A stretch of 64,000 bases of DNA, taken from positions 2,992,422 to 3,056,421 of the forward strand of contig NC_092678.1 in assembly GCF_964355755.1 (NCBI RefSeq), read 5' to 3'. A program made the translations under genes and the position numbers. How positions within the stretch are numbered: the first letter of the stretch is position 1; the number at the start of each line of letters is the position of its first letter. This document shows positions 1 through 14,949 of the stretch, one piece after another. The notes under the pieces were generated by a model. That model was given only the letters and a program-made list of their open reading frames with translations, had not been told where the DNA came from and ran no database searches. This DNA is from Antedon mediterranea (Eukaryota > Animalia > Echinodermata).

Positions 1-48
1 AAATTTGTTCTGTGTTGTCGCATTATGTCCAGTATGAAATTATTTAAT

Positions 49-180
49 ACAGCAGTGTCATTATGCTAGGTTTTGTGATACAGGTGTCACACACAGCAGT
101 GTCATAATGCTAGGTTTTGTAATACAGGTGTCACACACAGCAGTGTCATTATGCTAGGTTTTGTGATACAGGTGTCACAC
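49..180. repeat. Short tandem repeat, ~44-bp unit x3 (CAGCAGTGTCATTATGCTAGGTTTTGTGATACAGGTGTCACACA)
   Basis: Three near-identical consecutive units read directly. Confidence 0.85.
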
Positions 181-1606
181 TGTATCATATAATTTGCTTA
201 TGATACTGTAGAATGTATAGGTACAGTACCGAGAATATGCAGCTAAATGTTCTGTATCTATTCATATGTATTCCAAATAGTGGATACTAAAGCCTTTTGT
301 ATGAATCACGATGTTTGGCTATACTGATTTACAATTATAACTCAAAGATCTTAATTAAAGCAACACAACATGATAAGCCTCTATCGACAATACCCTATGG
401 CAAGAATTTAATCTGAGGGACTTCCGAGCCGATCTCCGCACAATGACCTAACGTCATTCCTTTTCCCCACCTTCTAAAGTACGAACTACAATAACACGAC
501 ATGTTTGTTATCGTTCTGGTGTGTAATGTTTAAAAATCGTATGAATCATCTACGCCAGTGTATCCAGTCTCTGGGGACGTGGAGAGAAGCCTTTTTGACC
601 TGCTGGTGTCATATCCAATATATGAATAGATGAGTTAGCAAGACGAAATGTGTGAACAGAGCCAAACACAGCTAGACTGATTCCCTCCTGATGTTCCATG
701 GGCCATAGTGTACCTGGATCATTACTGTACTATATAAGCTATATACTTAATATATATAGGGATATGTTTAATTCTACATAAAGAAGGTAACTTTGAATTG
801 AATTCTTTATACCTTTAAACTTGGTTAGATTCTGTCTACATACTAATATTTTAAGGTTTAGAAACCTATCTTTAAGTTGTTATATTGGAAACATAAGGAG
901 ACACATTCCAAAGTTACCCTCTTTAGTAGAGGTGTTAACCAATTCTGGGTATTCCAAATTAGGTGTTTTATTGTATTGGAAAGAACACCAAATTAAGGAA
1001 ACAAAATTCAAATTTTGTTTTAAGGCAACAGTAACGTATTAAATAATAATAATACATAATTTTTAATAAAGCAACCTTGTTAAACAATTCCACAAGGGTT
1101 TTGTGTTATTAATTCAACATGGTTCTAATTGGGTAACGTAAAGACAAAGGTCAACAAAAAAGGTCATCATGTAAAAAGGAAAGAGAGCAAAAAGAGTCAT
1201 CAGCATTCTACCCGTGTACAAATGGATTCATTCTGATTAAACCCACATGTCATTAGTACTTATTTTAGGATTTAAATGTCGTTGTCTTGTGATCTGGGAG
1301 TTTGGGTCGGATAAGCCTTTATCTTGCTAGACAGTATGGGAACATGAATAGATCACACTCAACCTTTCATCTTTTGCGACTATCGTTAAATACCATGGAC
1401 ATGAAGAAAACATTTAAAACGTTTTAATTCTGCATTAATAATATAAAACATGCAACACGCATATTCTAAAATTTAAATGATACAATACAAAAAAGTGTGT
1501 TTATCATCTGTAGTATGAATAACATGTAAAATGCTCTAATAAAACAAACAAAATTGTTTTCTTGTATATTTTTGTTTACTTATTTAATTTTTTTTATTAT
1601 ACATTT

Positions 1607-1885
1607 TTATACTGGGTGACCTCTTCAGTCAAAGACTGGTCTCTCAGTTATGATCAGTGGCTGTGAGTGACAGTGACTGTGTGTGTACTAGTACACCGGG
1701 ATAAACCCCTACTCATCTTAAAAGATGTACTACAGTACTAGTAGGTTCATATGAGCCAGATGTGTACATTGGACCTACGGTTTATAGTCCTATAGAACCA
1801 TGGAGCGAGTGAGCCTCGAACCCTTGCCAAAGTTATGGCTATGTAATTACAGTTCCACTGTCTTAACCGCTCGGCCACTCACTCG
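1607..1885 (-). mobile_element. tRNA-derived SINE-like element
   Basis: Minus strand begins GAGTGGCCGAGCGGTTAAG (A box-like) ... GGGTTCGAGGCTC (B box-like), followed by a body and an A-rich tail. Boundaries are approximate. Confidence 0.6.
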
Positions 1886-2053
1886 CTGAAATAAATTATG
1901 AATAATATCTAGGTAACTATTACTATAATTGTTGCAGATTGATTGATAATCTATTGTGTTACAAAAACGTGAGTTTAGACTGAACCACTGACTCAAACAT
2001 CACAAGCAAATAACAATTGTGTACTTTAGGTCACAAACCAAAAATAAAAACTG

Positions 2054-3141
2054 GGGTGTCACGAAAGCTCAGACCACGAAAGCTCAGACCCCCTAAGACC
2101 TAAGATCACGAAAGCTAAGACCCAACACCTAAGATTACAAATACTAAGATATACTACAGCTTAAAAACAATACTTGTTTATCCATACATAATTTTAAACA
2201 CAGTAGGTTTCATTTATTACCATAAATATAATTTAATACTACCGCAAAACATAGATAAACTCACATTATTTTCGCCCGTTGAGTAAATGTATATTTTTTC
2301 TTTACAACAAACAAACTTGACGGGTTGTTTGTTGGTATATATTTACTCCATTGTGTTGGTTCAGAGGATGTTTTTCTTACGCACCTGCCTTTCTTGTATT
2401 TTGACTCCAAATTTGTTGACTAACTTTATCCTGAACACCACACATTAAAATTAGGACTTATAAGTACTTTCAGAAGGAGAAACACATAATAACAAATAAA
2501 TAAATCCTTTAAATTGATGATTTTACAGATGTGTTTCTTTGTATACTGTATAAATGTAACTCCTCGAGCTCCCCATCATGCTCAATGTTTTTGTTTCTAT
2601 GGAGCGCCAAAAGAGCAACAATAATAGTACAAGTATAAAAACAGAAAGAAAACGAAACAAAAAAACTTATCATGATTTTTAAATTAAAATTTATTTGCCA
2701 GTATTTATTTCTTCGTACTTGCATGATTATACTATTATCATTACAATTTTAATTTTACATTGTTCCATCCACACTGTAGATGGACTCCACAGAGTTTTCA
2801 GCCCTCTATATAATTTTTGCTCTTTTGACGTTCCATAGAAACAAAAACATTGAACATGGCCCATGGGGTAGGCCTACTGTACTGTAGGCTAGTCATTTTG
2901 TGTGCGAGAAAAACGTCTGTAAAATCATCAATTTAAAAATGTATTTGTTACTTTTTATGTGATTCTTTTTCATGAAAGTGCCAATTCTAAGAGGTGTGGT
3001 ATTCAGAATAAATGTTAGGAGTTAAAATACAAGGCAGGTGCGAAAGATAAATATTTGTAATCTTAGGTGTTGGGTCTTAGCTTTCGTGATCTTAGGTCTT
3101 AGGGGGTCTGAGCTTTCGTGGTCTGAGCTTTCGTGACACCC
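2054..3141. mobile_element. Non-autonomous foldback/Mutator-like DNA transposon, 1088 bp
   Basis: ~90-bp near-perfect terminal inverted repeats (GGGTGTCACGAAAGCTCAGACC... / ...GGTCTGAGCTTTCGTGACACCC). Further imperfect internal inverted arms (~2375-2630 vs ~2810-3045). Flanked by a 10-bp direct repeat ATAAAAACTG (2044-2053, 3142-3151). Confidence 0.85.
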
Positions 3142-4847
3142 ATAAAAACTGGGGGTGCTGAATCTCAAAAACTTCCAAGAAATGTGTTTTGAGAACCTAG
3201 TTATTATTACCATTCCTTCCACCATACTAATCATAATGCATATTGTTGGCTAACATTTCATAGTACAATGACTATTGAAAAAACATACAGTGATAGACAT
3301 ATGAATATTGTTTACCAGTTGCTTGATTGACAGGTAGAAGAGAACTAGGGCTGATAAAACCAATGACATGAATTTGTCAACGAGCCTGTGAGTGACATCC
3401 AATCAAATCGTTTCTATGTACCTTCAAACTCCCTGGCCTATTTTCATTTATCTACCCTTTATTATAGTTTATTTATACAATATACGACTATAGTTTGATG
3501 CTAATATGTACTTCACAAAGCAATGACCTCATCCGCTAAGCCTGAGGTGTTGTTATAATCACCAGAGGTAGAGGTTCTTTTCCAGCTTCTAGTGGGAGGT
3601 TTTTCCTAGATTTGCATATTGCCTAGCATGGGGTAGACACAGCCGCAGTTAGCCTAGGTGTACTCTTTTACCTACAAACTTCATGTATTGAAGCAGAAGG
3701 GCTAGACCTCGGACGCTGAGCCAGGCAGATAACTAAACAGTGGGTGTCTTAGAGGTAGCGCGTTGGGGATGCATGGCCTGGCTTTTAGCAAGGTCTTCTC
3801 AGCAGTATAGTTTCTACAACTCCCTTGGCATTGTTTCTAATAGAATTCAAACTCTTGAAACAACGCTTAAATGAACTAAACCCATCCATTACTTATGTCT
3901 ATGATTAACGTTACACTGAAAAAACTTACTAAAATACTGAGATGGTTAAACATGTTCTTATCAGGTGAACAACCATCTATAATTGATTCCTGATGTAATA
4001 TCATCTATTGTTCCAACCAATTCTGTGTTTTCCACAATTTGTTTATTAAAATAATACAAAAACAATATAAGTGTGTAGCTTATTAGTAGCCATCTCAGAT
4101 TCATACAAAAACTGACCATGAACAGTCATATCACTAATCTTCCCTATGGTGAATATAAACCACATGACCATGATATCTCCATGGTTACAGCATCATTTAT
4201 ATTATACTGCTTCCCTATACTTCGTAAAGTTAACGTCCTGAGAGTGATGTTAAATGGATCATTGGTTTGCACCAAGCAATACAAACTGAAACAGGTTCTA
4301 TAAAATCCTGACAGAATGTGCCCAGGTTAAAACCAGTACTTTGCCAAATAAATAAAAAAAAAGTTTATTTGTTGTATTATTGTTGATAATTGAGAAAATA
4401 AAGTACCAAACATATAATACATATTAATGAATCCGAATAGTCCTAACTTGTACCATTGTATAGTTAGTTACCATAGAAATCATCAACAATGCTGACCTTA
4501 TGACCTGAGAAGTGAATTATTAGTTTGTTGAGTAATATGGCACCTTTTGACCAATCAGCTGCCAGAGGTGTTGTCAATGTCCTTTAACAATAACCAAACA
4601 CACAATTATAAATCCATTAAAAAAAGAAAACTAAGGGTCGGTTTCCACTGGAAAAGTCAAAATGTATTACTGTATTTATAACCTCAGTTTCAATTTTCCA
4701 TTTTTAGAACACACATGTCATGTTAAATAATAATTTCTCCAACAGACATTAAAAATCGCAAAAAACTATAACAATATTTCCCACAGACATTAGTTAGAGT
4801 ATGTCCTCATTCCATATTTACAACTAATATCAACATTGTCAATGTTA

Positions 4848-4981
4848 AGCTCTGTCTACACTATCAAACTTTATGTTATGTGATGTGCCCATATATGGAC
4901 ACGATGATGTCATATCACTACCATATTGGTATATCACACTTTTTCTTCTCTAATAACTAGTTTGATAGTGTAGACAGAGCT
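4848..4981. mobile_element. MITE family A (AGCTCTGTCTACACTATCAAACT...AGTTTGATAGTGTAGACAGAGCT)
   Basis: 23-bp TIRs with TTA/TAA flanks (PIF/Harbinger/Tourist-like). About ten copies in the window. Confidence 0.85.
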
Positions 4982-7784
4982 TAAGATTAATAGTTGACAT
5001 GAATGGAACATAACAGAAAGACAGAGTAAAAGTAGTCCAATGTATAAATAACCCTGTACATAACCTGTGCATGTTTCATAAATCATAAACATCAAGTGAA
5101 GACCTATAAAGTAGGGTATAGACAAGTCATAACCCACCTTAAATCTATTACCTTTAATAGCTTAAAATTAGCCATGCATTCCCTAAGGAATCTGTGTCCT
5201 AGGAATTTAACCAGGCATTACTTTTGTATGTACTGTACCAGTATCAGAATCATTGGTAGCTGGGGAATGAAATGGCTAGGCTACTCTTTATCACAATGGT
5301 CTCAGATCTTTTTTTTAGTGATGTATCTATCAACCATTTATTTCTTGTTCCCAGAATATAAATACGCAAAATTCAACAAGCAGAAAAAAAAATAATAATA
5401 ATAAAAATGCTGAAAACACATTAACTTATAAGAAATATTATGTATGATTGTATGATGATGTTGTACGGCGCTGAAAAGGCAATTTAGGAGAGTGTTGAAT
5501 TGAAACATACAACATTTTAAGAAGAATATGATACATCGTACCTAAATTAAATGGATGAAAAATCTAAAATTATCATTCTCTACCTGTATGTAATCACTTT
5601 CCATTACTATACATGACCTGAAACATGTACTTTGCTAAACAACTTTGTGTTATTTATAAGATTTTACCCAATTGAGAAATTTTAAACTGGGACAATGTTC
5701 TAGTAAGGAATAATTATGTTATATTATTCTATAGTACTGTAGTGTAGAAATACTGTCTTTTTTGGCACCTGAGAGATACTGTATATTAAGTGTCATTAAA
5801 AAAATGTATTAGCTTCAATAAAAAAAATACAGTATAAAGTTAGGCTAACCAACTACATTTTTGGTCCTTTGGTATATAGTCACATGCCTTACAATCTATC
5901 AATCCTCTAATAGCATAAAGTTAAGAGAGATGATTACGTGAGTATTTCTTAATTTGCGCAGATTTACTACAGATGATAAATTATTACCAATCATCAATTA
6001 CTGTAGATAATTAATATTTTCTCTTCATAATTGTTAATTACAATTTGATTGATTTTGACACTGAAGAAAGCATGTCAGTCAAATTAGTCAAATTATAATG
6101 AATGCCTTCTCCGATATGAAATCTTCGTAGGAGTCTAGAAACACTTTGTACACTACTTATTGTTTTATTGTCATAATTTAATATGCCAAGCAAAATGAAT
6201 TTCCATTTTAAAGTGGACTGTATTTTGCCTCATTCAAAAATATTGTTATTATCATCACAGAAGGAAAGGTAATGTATAGGCCATGGGCAATAGGAAAAGG
6301 TCAAAACGGTTAACCTGAACAAGTTGTAGAGACCAAGAGGTCATCAGAGGTGAGAGCAATAACAGATGGATTTATGCTTCACATCACTGTTTATCACAGT
6401 AAAAATAATCTATATCCTAGAAAAAATATAGTTAATGAGATGAATACTTAATAATCTTATAACATACACGTTAGCTCTGCCATTACAGTAAGTAACATTC
6501 ATATTTAGTGGAAAACTTCAAAAATCGCATTAGGCCTACCAATAAATTAAAATCAACTAGCTCATAGAAAAAAAACCCTTCATTTAAATTACTTTGCTCA
6601 TTTTAAAAAAATACCTTATTACTTCCCTCATACTAAATAAAACCCTATCGAAATTAAATCCTTCATATTGAAAAAAATTGTAATTTTAAAAGTTTAAAAT
6701 TTCCTCATCATAAAGAAGAAAAGAAAGAAAAAGAAAAATAAATAACACAGGGTTACAAGTTCAGGTTCTGTAGAAAATATATTATAGCAATGTAAATTTA
6801 AATATTTCACATCTATTATTCCATCAAATGGAATGGGTCAAACATGTTACATACAATGCAGATTTCCAAAAGAAGCCGGCGAGATTAGCGAGGATAGAAA
6901 TTAAAAATATATGCACTTAAAGAACAGAAATCAAGAGACACACTGTAAGGATATACCTAAGGCTTTCTGAGGTTTAAGTAACCGTGTACGTATTTGAGCG
7001 GTTAACGACTATATTGGACAAATTGCAAATTATTCCTGAAATAAATTGCAAACGCATGAAATATGTTGAAGACTATCATAAGAGGCAGTGCGACGTGTAT
7101 TCCCCTGACGGCCGTATCAGATATGGACTACTTTTTATACTTCATTTACCAGATATCCACAAACATAACAACACTAATTACGATAGTAATTATATCTTTT
7201 AATACGTTCTAACAAAAACAATAAATGTTTTGAAAAACCATATAAAAGTCATAATCGGTTAAAGATGTCATAACTGATGATGATGGTTTTATTTTTAACC
7301 TCCTCATCAAGTTTATAACTGTGTATTCATTTAAACACAATTACATTTTTGTAAATATAATTTTTAGCCGAACATCATAAAACAGCATGTTTATATATAG
7401 ATAGACGGACAAGCTTGTTAGACTAGCTGTCTCCAAAATTAAAACGTAGGGTGTTTAGGTCAGTGGATATGAGTTTCTCCAATGCAAAGCAGGTGGTGGC
7501 AATTTTAACACCTCATTAGATACGAATCAAAAGTGAGTTGGCTCATCACTGCCGGTCTAGCAAAGTCATTCCCAACAGCCGTAAATGTTTCATGACATCA
7601 GGAAAGTGTTAGTGAGTAAGCATCGCTTAGCCAAGCCTCTTACATTCTTAGTTAAGCAACCTGCCTTATCGATATCATTTTGACCCAGATGGAGATTATT
7701 TTAAGCACAGCAGTAAAAAAAAGTTAAATTCTTTAAAGTGTTAAATATTATGGAATAAATAAACAATTTCGTTCAAATAATTAC

Positions 7785-8295
7785 TCAATCAATAAAGTAT
7801 TCAATCAATCAAATAATTAATCAATCGAATATTCAATCAATCAAATAATTAATCAATCAATCGAATATTCAATCAATCAATTATTCAATCAATCAAATAT
7901 TTAATCAATCAATAAAGTATTCAATAAATCAAATAATAAATCAATCAATTAAATATTCAATCAATCAAATATTCAATCAATCAAATAATTAATCAATAAA
8001 GTATTCAATCAAACAAATAATTAATCAATCAATCGAATATTCAATTAATCAAGTATTCAATCAATCAAACAATTAATCAATCAATAAAGTATTCAATAAA
8101 TCAAATAATTAATAAATCAATCAATCAAATATTCAATCAATCAAATAATTAATCAATCAATTAATCAAGTATTCAATCAATCAAATATTTAATCAATCAA
8201 TCAATTAAATATTAAATCAATCAAGTAAACAATTAATCAATCAATAATGTATTCAATTAATTTATAATTCAATCAATAATCAATGAATTATTCAA
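7785..8295. repeat. Degenerate (TCAA)n / AATC-rich low-complexity satellite
   Basis: Repeated TCAATCAATCAAATA(A/T)T units over ~500 bp. Confidence 0.9.
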
Positions 8296-10900
8296 ACAAG
8301 AGAAAAAAAAAACTATAAAATTGACAAAGAAAACCGAAAATCTGTTTTTAAAAATAAAATTTCTTATCAGACCAAGAAATTGAAACAATAGAAACAAATT
8401 TATTTGTTTTTCTTTTAAATCTTTGTTTTAATAAACTCCACAATTGAAGAGTTTCACTTCAGAAAGGTAATAAAAAAAAACATTTTAGAATTTAAAAACA
8501 TAAGGAGGTTATCTAAAGATAAATGTATTGTATTATAATTTGGCATTGTCTTCAGCAACACATCTGATCACTTCCATACAACACTTATCAATAATTTAAG
8601 ACAACATATGTTTTCAAGAAGATAAAATATAGAAAAAAATAATCCAGGGTTGTGAAAAATAAGATATGATTTCAGGAAAACAAAACAATGAAAACAGTTA
8701 CTTTACTGGATGAACGCATTATTTGTGTTCATACGCATTAGAGTTAACCATGCATAGAACTAGTTTAAGTTGGTCTGTAGTTTGTGATCAGTTTACTCTT
8801 TAATATATTTGGGTGGTTAACTCTGATACCACACTGATGCAACTCTTATAACTCCAATAGGTTTCAGAGGTATATCCGATGTAAATGTTTTATACCACAC
8901 ATGTTTGAAAGGTAAAAAATGATTTAAGCACTGTGTTTTGTAACTCCGGTAGTGATAGAACATGAACAAGCATAGCTTTATTTAAGCTAGCTAAAGAATG
9001 GAATTAAGTTTGTTGCATAACATCGCATCAAGCTGTTTTTAAATTCTGGCAACGTGACAGAGCACAGGATTCGGACCTATCCCATAGGATATGCAAGTAA
9101 AACATGTTAACCTACCAAGCTAGTAACTGTACACTTCCACAACAATTATTTGATTTAAATTTATCGTTCAAAACAGACCATTATAATCTTGATAAATTTT
9201 CTTATCTTAAATTAATTGAGAAAACCATAATATTGCATCAGATAAACTTTGTAGGGTCACGCAAAACAAAGCATACGAACAAAGGAATAAATCAAACAAC
9301 GTATATAAATAGGTAAATTTTAGATCCAGGTGCGTATTGGCCAAACTTACCCTGGTAGTTTCGATTTTAAGTGAAACACGGTGCTGGCCCAGTCATACAA
9401 CACAACCCCTGGGAGTATACAGTACCTTGCCTGTCAGGAAATTGGTTATGAGTTTCAAGTCATAGTTTAGATATCGCCAATGCATGCTCGTTGATGACTT
9501 TGACATGTATTTCGGTAAGCTGCCATTGTTTCGCATAACGTCTTAATTAGCACACAGGTGAGGTGGAACTCAACACGGGGATGATGAATTTCACCAGATT
9601 CTATGATGTCATGATCTTATGAAGGAATACACCCAGAAAATCAAGTGTACTGTTATCCAGATTTTGCTAAGAAAATGGAGTACAGCAAGTAGAGTACAAC
9701 ACACTATTTTAAGAACTGACATTTCCTAGCAGCAGAAACAGATTTTTTTAGGAATCTACACTATTCTATTATTTAAAAAAAACTTTTATAGAATTTTAAA
9801 ATTATTTGAATGTAAAGAAATTTAAAACTTTACAATTCTATTCTAATGCAATGGCTCAAAAAGTTGCGATATTAAAAAATGAAAATCTCACAATTTGAAA
9901 ATTAACGTGTTTTTATAAATTATCGTATTGCCACATGCACAATATCTGTCATGTACATGGAGTTTCAACTGTCATATACACAATATTACGGTAATACTAA
10001 ACACATAACTCTATTTTAATGTCACTTTATCATGCTTCTTGAATTCTGCTTCTAAATAAAATCTGACATTTAGAAATGTCAAACCTACCTGATAATGTTA
10101 TTTAATGTTTAAGGACTCTTCATAATTTCACAATTTATTTAAAGAATACAAATGATTTAAAAGGATTTGAAATAATGCATTTATACAGCCGCACATTTAA
10201 GACTCTTTACGAATGCAGTTTACGTTGTGCAATATTGTTAATACCGATTACAGTTATCACAATAAATTCACTGATAAAACAGTAAAAATAAAATTTAATG
10301 AAATAAAAGCAATAAAAATGGAGCACTGAGATTGAGAATGGATAGGAAATGAATATGCAGAAATGGAATTTTGAGAAAATGATTCAAATTAAACAAGTGC
10401 ATATTGTGATTGTACAGTATGATAATGTACAATCCAAAGTCACATTATTGTTCAACAACGTTCAGTGCTCTACCACTTCCTTTAACTTTTTGTTGAGATA
10501 GCTTAGTGCTTTCACCCCATTTATCATCTTATCTGACCATTCTTATCAGAAGTAATTGGTCATAAACACCAGTCTACAAACACAAATATAATCTAGCAAT
10601 TGGCGCGCTTGGAATCGTAGCAACTGAAGACCACATCAGGTGGGAAGGCAGACTAACCAATAGCAAAATTGCACCTTACAAACAATAAGTGTGTTGAGTA
10701 AATTGACAAATATGCACTTTGCACAAACGATTCGATAACAAACATACTGAGATGGCGGATTGTTTGCCATTGGAATATAGTCTAGTACATTTACAGATTA
10801 GTAAAACTATTTTTAGGGAAATGGGTTAGAGGGATTGGAAGTTTAAATTAAAGGGAGGGGAAAAAAAATCTGTAAATCCTATGCCTTCTTTTTATTCTTA

Positions 10901-11000
10901 AGCCCTGTTTACACTATATGGTAGTGATATGACATTATCATGTCCATACATGGGCACACCATGATGTTGTCACATAAAGCTTGATAGTGTAGACAGAGCT
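10901..11000. mobile_element. MITE family A, internally deleted copy
   Basis: AGCCCTGTTTACACTAT ... TTGATAGTGTAGACAGAGCT with the shared internal motifs. Confidence 0.75.
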
Positions 11001-14000
11001 TAAATTAAAACAGTATTGCCATATACTTTAACTATTATGTTTAAAATAAAAATTGCTACTACAGTATGGCAAGTAAAAAAAAACTTTTCCACTTTAGAGC
11101 CATCAATAAGGAGGCGTGTGTTGGATACGGTCAATAGACTCTCACTCATTAATCAAAGTATCAATTAATTAAGTACAAATTCCATAGTAGTTTTTAGCTT
11201 TCAAGCATGAGCCAACAGAGTGTATTGTATTATTAGCTGAAACTTGCAGGGTTAAGAATAACAGGAATTGTTAATGTTACTTCAAGTATATTTTGATGAC
11301 TAAACTTTTATTAAACTTATAACGTTGTGGGAGATATCAATATTCCTAATCGCTAATATTTAAAATATGAGTAATTAAAGCTAATAAAATTGATTGAGTA
11401 CAAATTCTATGTTTGCCATGATCATACGAGAAGTTGACATTTTCATAGTGGGCGTTATGTTTAATGTTCGATAGGTTTGAATAATATTTATTTATCAAGG
11501 AACGATTAATTAAAACATTCAAAGTACAAATTCCAAATTTGAAGTGTTATCATCAAACATTATTCATGTGACATTATCAAGAGATCTGTGATGATAAATA
11601 GTTCAAGATGTATTTATACTGAAGATAGATTTATTGGTTTGTGTATTGGTGTATAGAGAAATATTGATAAACAATACTAAAGGTCTATAACCCTTTTCGC
11701 AATGCCTTGCTTCCTTTAGTAAATGGGGAAGATGACAGATGAGGTGAGAAATTAGTGAATGTTTGCACCAGTGGAGTAAGTTAGTTGCCACAAACTATTG
11801 TGTATTTTTCTGAGTTCATACTTTATACTCTCATAGCTACATGCTAAAATACTCGTCTTTTCACCACCAGGTGTACAGACCAACATAACCAAGATACAAA
11901 AGATAAAGGAAGAAGAAGAGAAACTGAAAGGCCTTCCATTTAAAGAGACATCCTCTGAATAAGGAATGGCCATATTTTAAAAACATATTGCCTCTAAATT
12001 GTTTTATAGGAAACTTTTCTTCCTTGAATTGGAATGTCCAAAAGGATGTTTGCTGCCCTTAAATAAAGTTCAGAGTTCAAATCAAATTGTAAACGCTCTC
12101 AATCTCATCTCACTCCCACTAGGTGTACAGTACCTGTACATTTAATCAGGTATAAGTTATAACTGAGATATGGAGTATTACATTCAATGCAATTTTATAC
12201 TGAATTTTAAGACAATAAAATTATGATTTTCTTTCCAAAAATTATGTTCTTTTCTACTATTCTTTAATTCCCAACAAATCACGTCAAATTAATGTTATGT
12301 AACTTGAATGCAATTTATTTTACACGCATTATCAACAGTACTACATTAAAATGTAATTTCAACATTTTAATAGCAACACAACAATAAAACTGACACTATA
12401 AACTTATCATTTTCTACTATAGTAATTTATGACGTTATTAAAAACTTTAATTATCAAATTTTACAATTTACATCAAATTTTACAGTTTATTCCAAATTAC
12501 GTTCAAATTATGTAATTTCATGGTTTAGTGAACATGAAAAATTGAACAAAAAGGACAAAAAAAAAATTGTTGAAATGATCTTTATTGTATACTCAAAAGA
12601 ATGACAACAAAATTATGTCTTTTTGCAATCTGTTAAGGAAATGATTTTCCAAAACATGTTTTTTTGAAAAGGTCAGTAAAAAATGACATCTTGTACACTA
12701 CTATTTAAAGACAATGACAATGGTACGGTACAGTATAGACACTTGTAAACTTGATGTTATTAATTCGAGATAAGTTAAAACATCCATGCTCTATTTTAAA
12801 GACTCGTTGATAAGAAAATCGTAGATTAAAGAGATTGAGATTGTCTTCAAGCAACTTTAGCACCAATTTGACTAAAGTACTGTTGGTTTTTTTTTTTCAT
12901 TTTAGTGAGACTAGAAAGATAACTTTTTTTTAATTTTCACATCTTCTAAGCTATTTTTCACAGGGGTTTAATTATGATGGAGGACTACACAATACAATAT
13001 AGCATATTAGAATATTTACACAAGTTAGGGTAGTAAAAGAAAAAGTTGAATGTATTACATTGAAGCCCTTTCCTTAATTCCAAATGTTTCTATTATGTTA
13101 CAATATGTGGCAAATTAAACTAAGTATGAGGGCAGGGAATAATTTCGCCAGTGTAGCATAGCAAAAAGCTATACAAAACAACCTTATTGCTACACATTTC
13201 TAAAATTGCTTAGCAAAAAATACAATACAAAACTATGTTTCTTGACTCAAAAATCAGTTTGATTAGCAATAATGCTAAACAAAATTTTAAAATGAAATTT
13301 TTCTCTGTGAGGGTGTATAAAACTACCAAGGAAAACTTTTCCTTTCTTTTGAAAATGTAAAAACTAGCCTTCAGGAAACCAAACATAATTGCAAACACTC
13401 CAACAAAACAAAAGAACTATAAAGGGAAACACTACAGACAATGTTTTATAACAGTGAATGATTGCTAGTTTCCTTTATCCAGGTGTAACTTCTTAGTCAT
13501 TTCAATCCCTAAAGAAAGCCTGGACAGGAGACCAAGCATAATAGCCTAAGTTGATACAGGTCAGAGGTTACAGGTGTAAATAATCTTGCCCCTGGGAAAG
13601 TTCTGATTCTTGATTTTAAGCAGCCTTGTTTTTTATTTACAGTAAATTTTAAATAGTTATTCCCCTTTTTTTGGCAATATAATAATGGACCTTATAGTAA
13701 TAATACTTTCAATATCAATATTGGGGAAGGATTTTAGTCTTTGAAAAAGGGGAAATTGGATTATGGCTTGTTGGACTATGACAAAACCAGACACAAAGGC
13801 TTTGTTATGTCGTAATAACATGCAACAGAAACTGAATTTTATTTTAACCAATTCTAACTTTGTAAAAAGATGAAAGCATTATATTAAGATTCACCGACAC
13901 AAAATGTGCATAAAAATTGATATAAAATAGAAATAACTTTTTGAATTTAATTAAATTATCATAATAATAGATGATTTATTCTTCATTTTGAAATGGAAAA

Positions 14001-14804
14001 CAGTATCATACTATATATTGTACATATTTTGTTTTGTAAGGACTATACTATATTTCTATATAATATTGATTCTGCTATCACCGTTCTAAGAAATGTTTTT
14101 GATTTGGCATTTGTTTTTTTCCTTTTTCCTTGATGATAGCTACAGCTACAATATATTAAATTTGATATAAAAAATATTCAGACATTTCTATTTTGAACAA
14201 TTCTCATAATGTTCTTGAGATCTGATCATTAGCACCCAATGAAAGGGGATTAAGTCAGGTAGATGTTATATCCTGAGTAACAGATCACATACTAATCCTG
14301 GTAATCCACATGACCATGACCACTCTAATCCTCCCAAACGGTAACATATGTCCCTGAAAGCGATGTGGTTAGGAAAACACGAACATATGCAAGAATTCAA
14401 GACCTTTTTCACCTTTAAGGCTTTATCGATCATCAGACTGAAAGAGAGGCCCTGTTTGCAGGATCATGCTGGCAGTGAGGAGAGATTTCCATTTCAATCC
14501 TTGATGGAATTTAATGATTCAAGTGTAATAGAGATCAGTGTAGTCATTTACGATCTCACTGATCCGTCAAGCGACAAGAAGGAATATCAACAAATATTAG
14601 GATAATGAGAAAAATTAAGCCAACTGACATGGGAATCATTAAGGAAATAAGAAGGATGGTCATTTAAAATAAATTAATATTCATTCCTATAGTTTGTATG
14701 TAATGAGATGGTAAGCCCACTGTGAATGAATAACAAATAACTGTACTGTCAGAATATATTAAAAGCAACCATTTGTACTATTGTATTGATGTACAGGTTC
14801 AATC

Positions 14805-14949
14805 AATGCCACTCTACACTATCAAACTACTTTGACAAAAAAGTGTGATGTGCCCAAATATGGTAGTGATATTTCTAAATATGGTAGTGATCTATATGAG
14901 CACATAACATTTTTTTGTCATATAAAATTTGATAATGTAGACAATGCTT
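14805..14949. mobile_element. MITE family A, degenerate copy
   Basis: TCTACACTATCAAACT...GTGATGTGCCCAAATATGGTAGTGAT...TTTGATAATGTAGACA. Confidence 0.75.
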
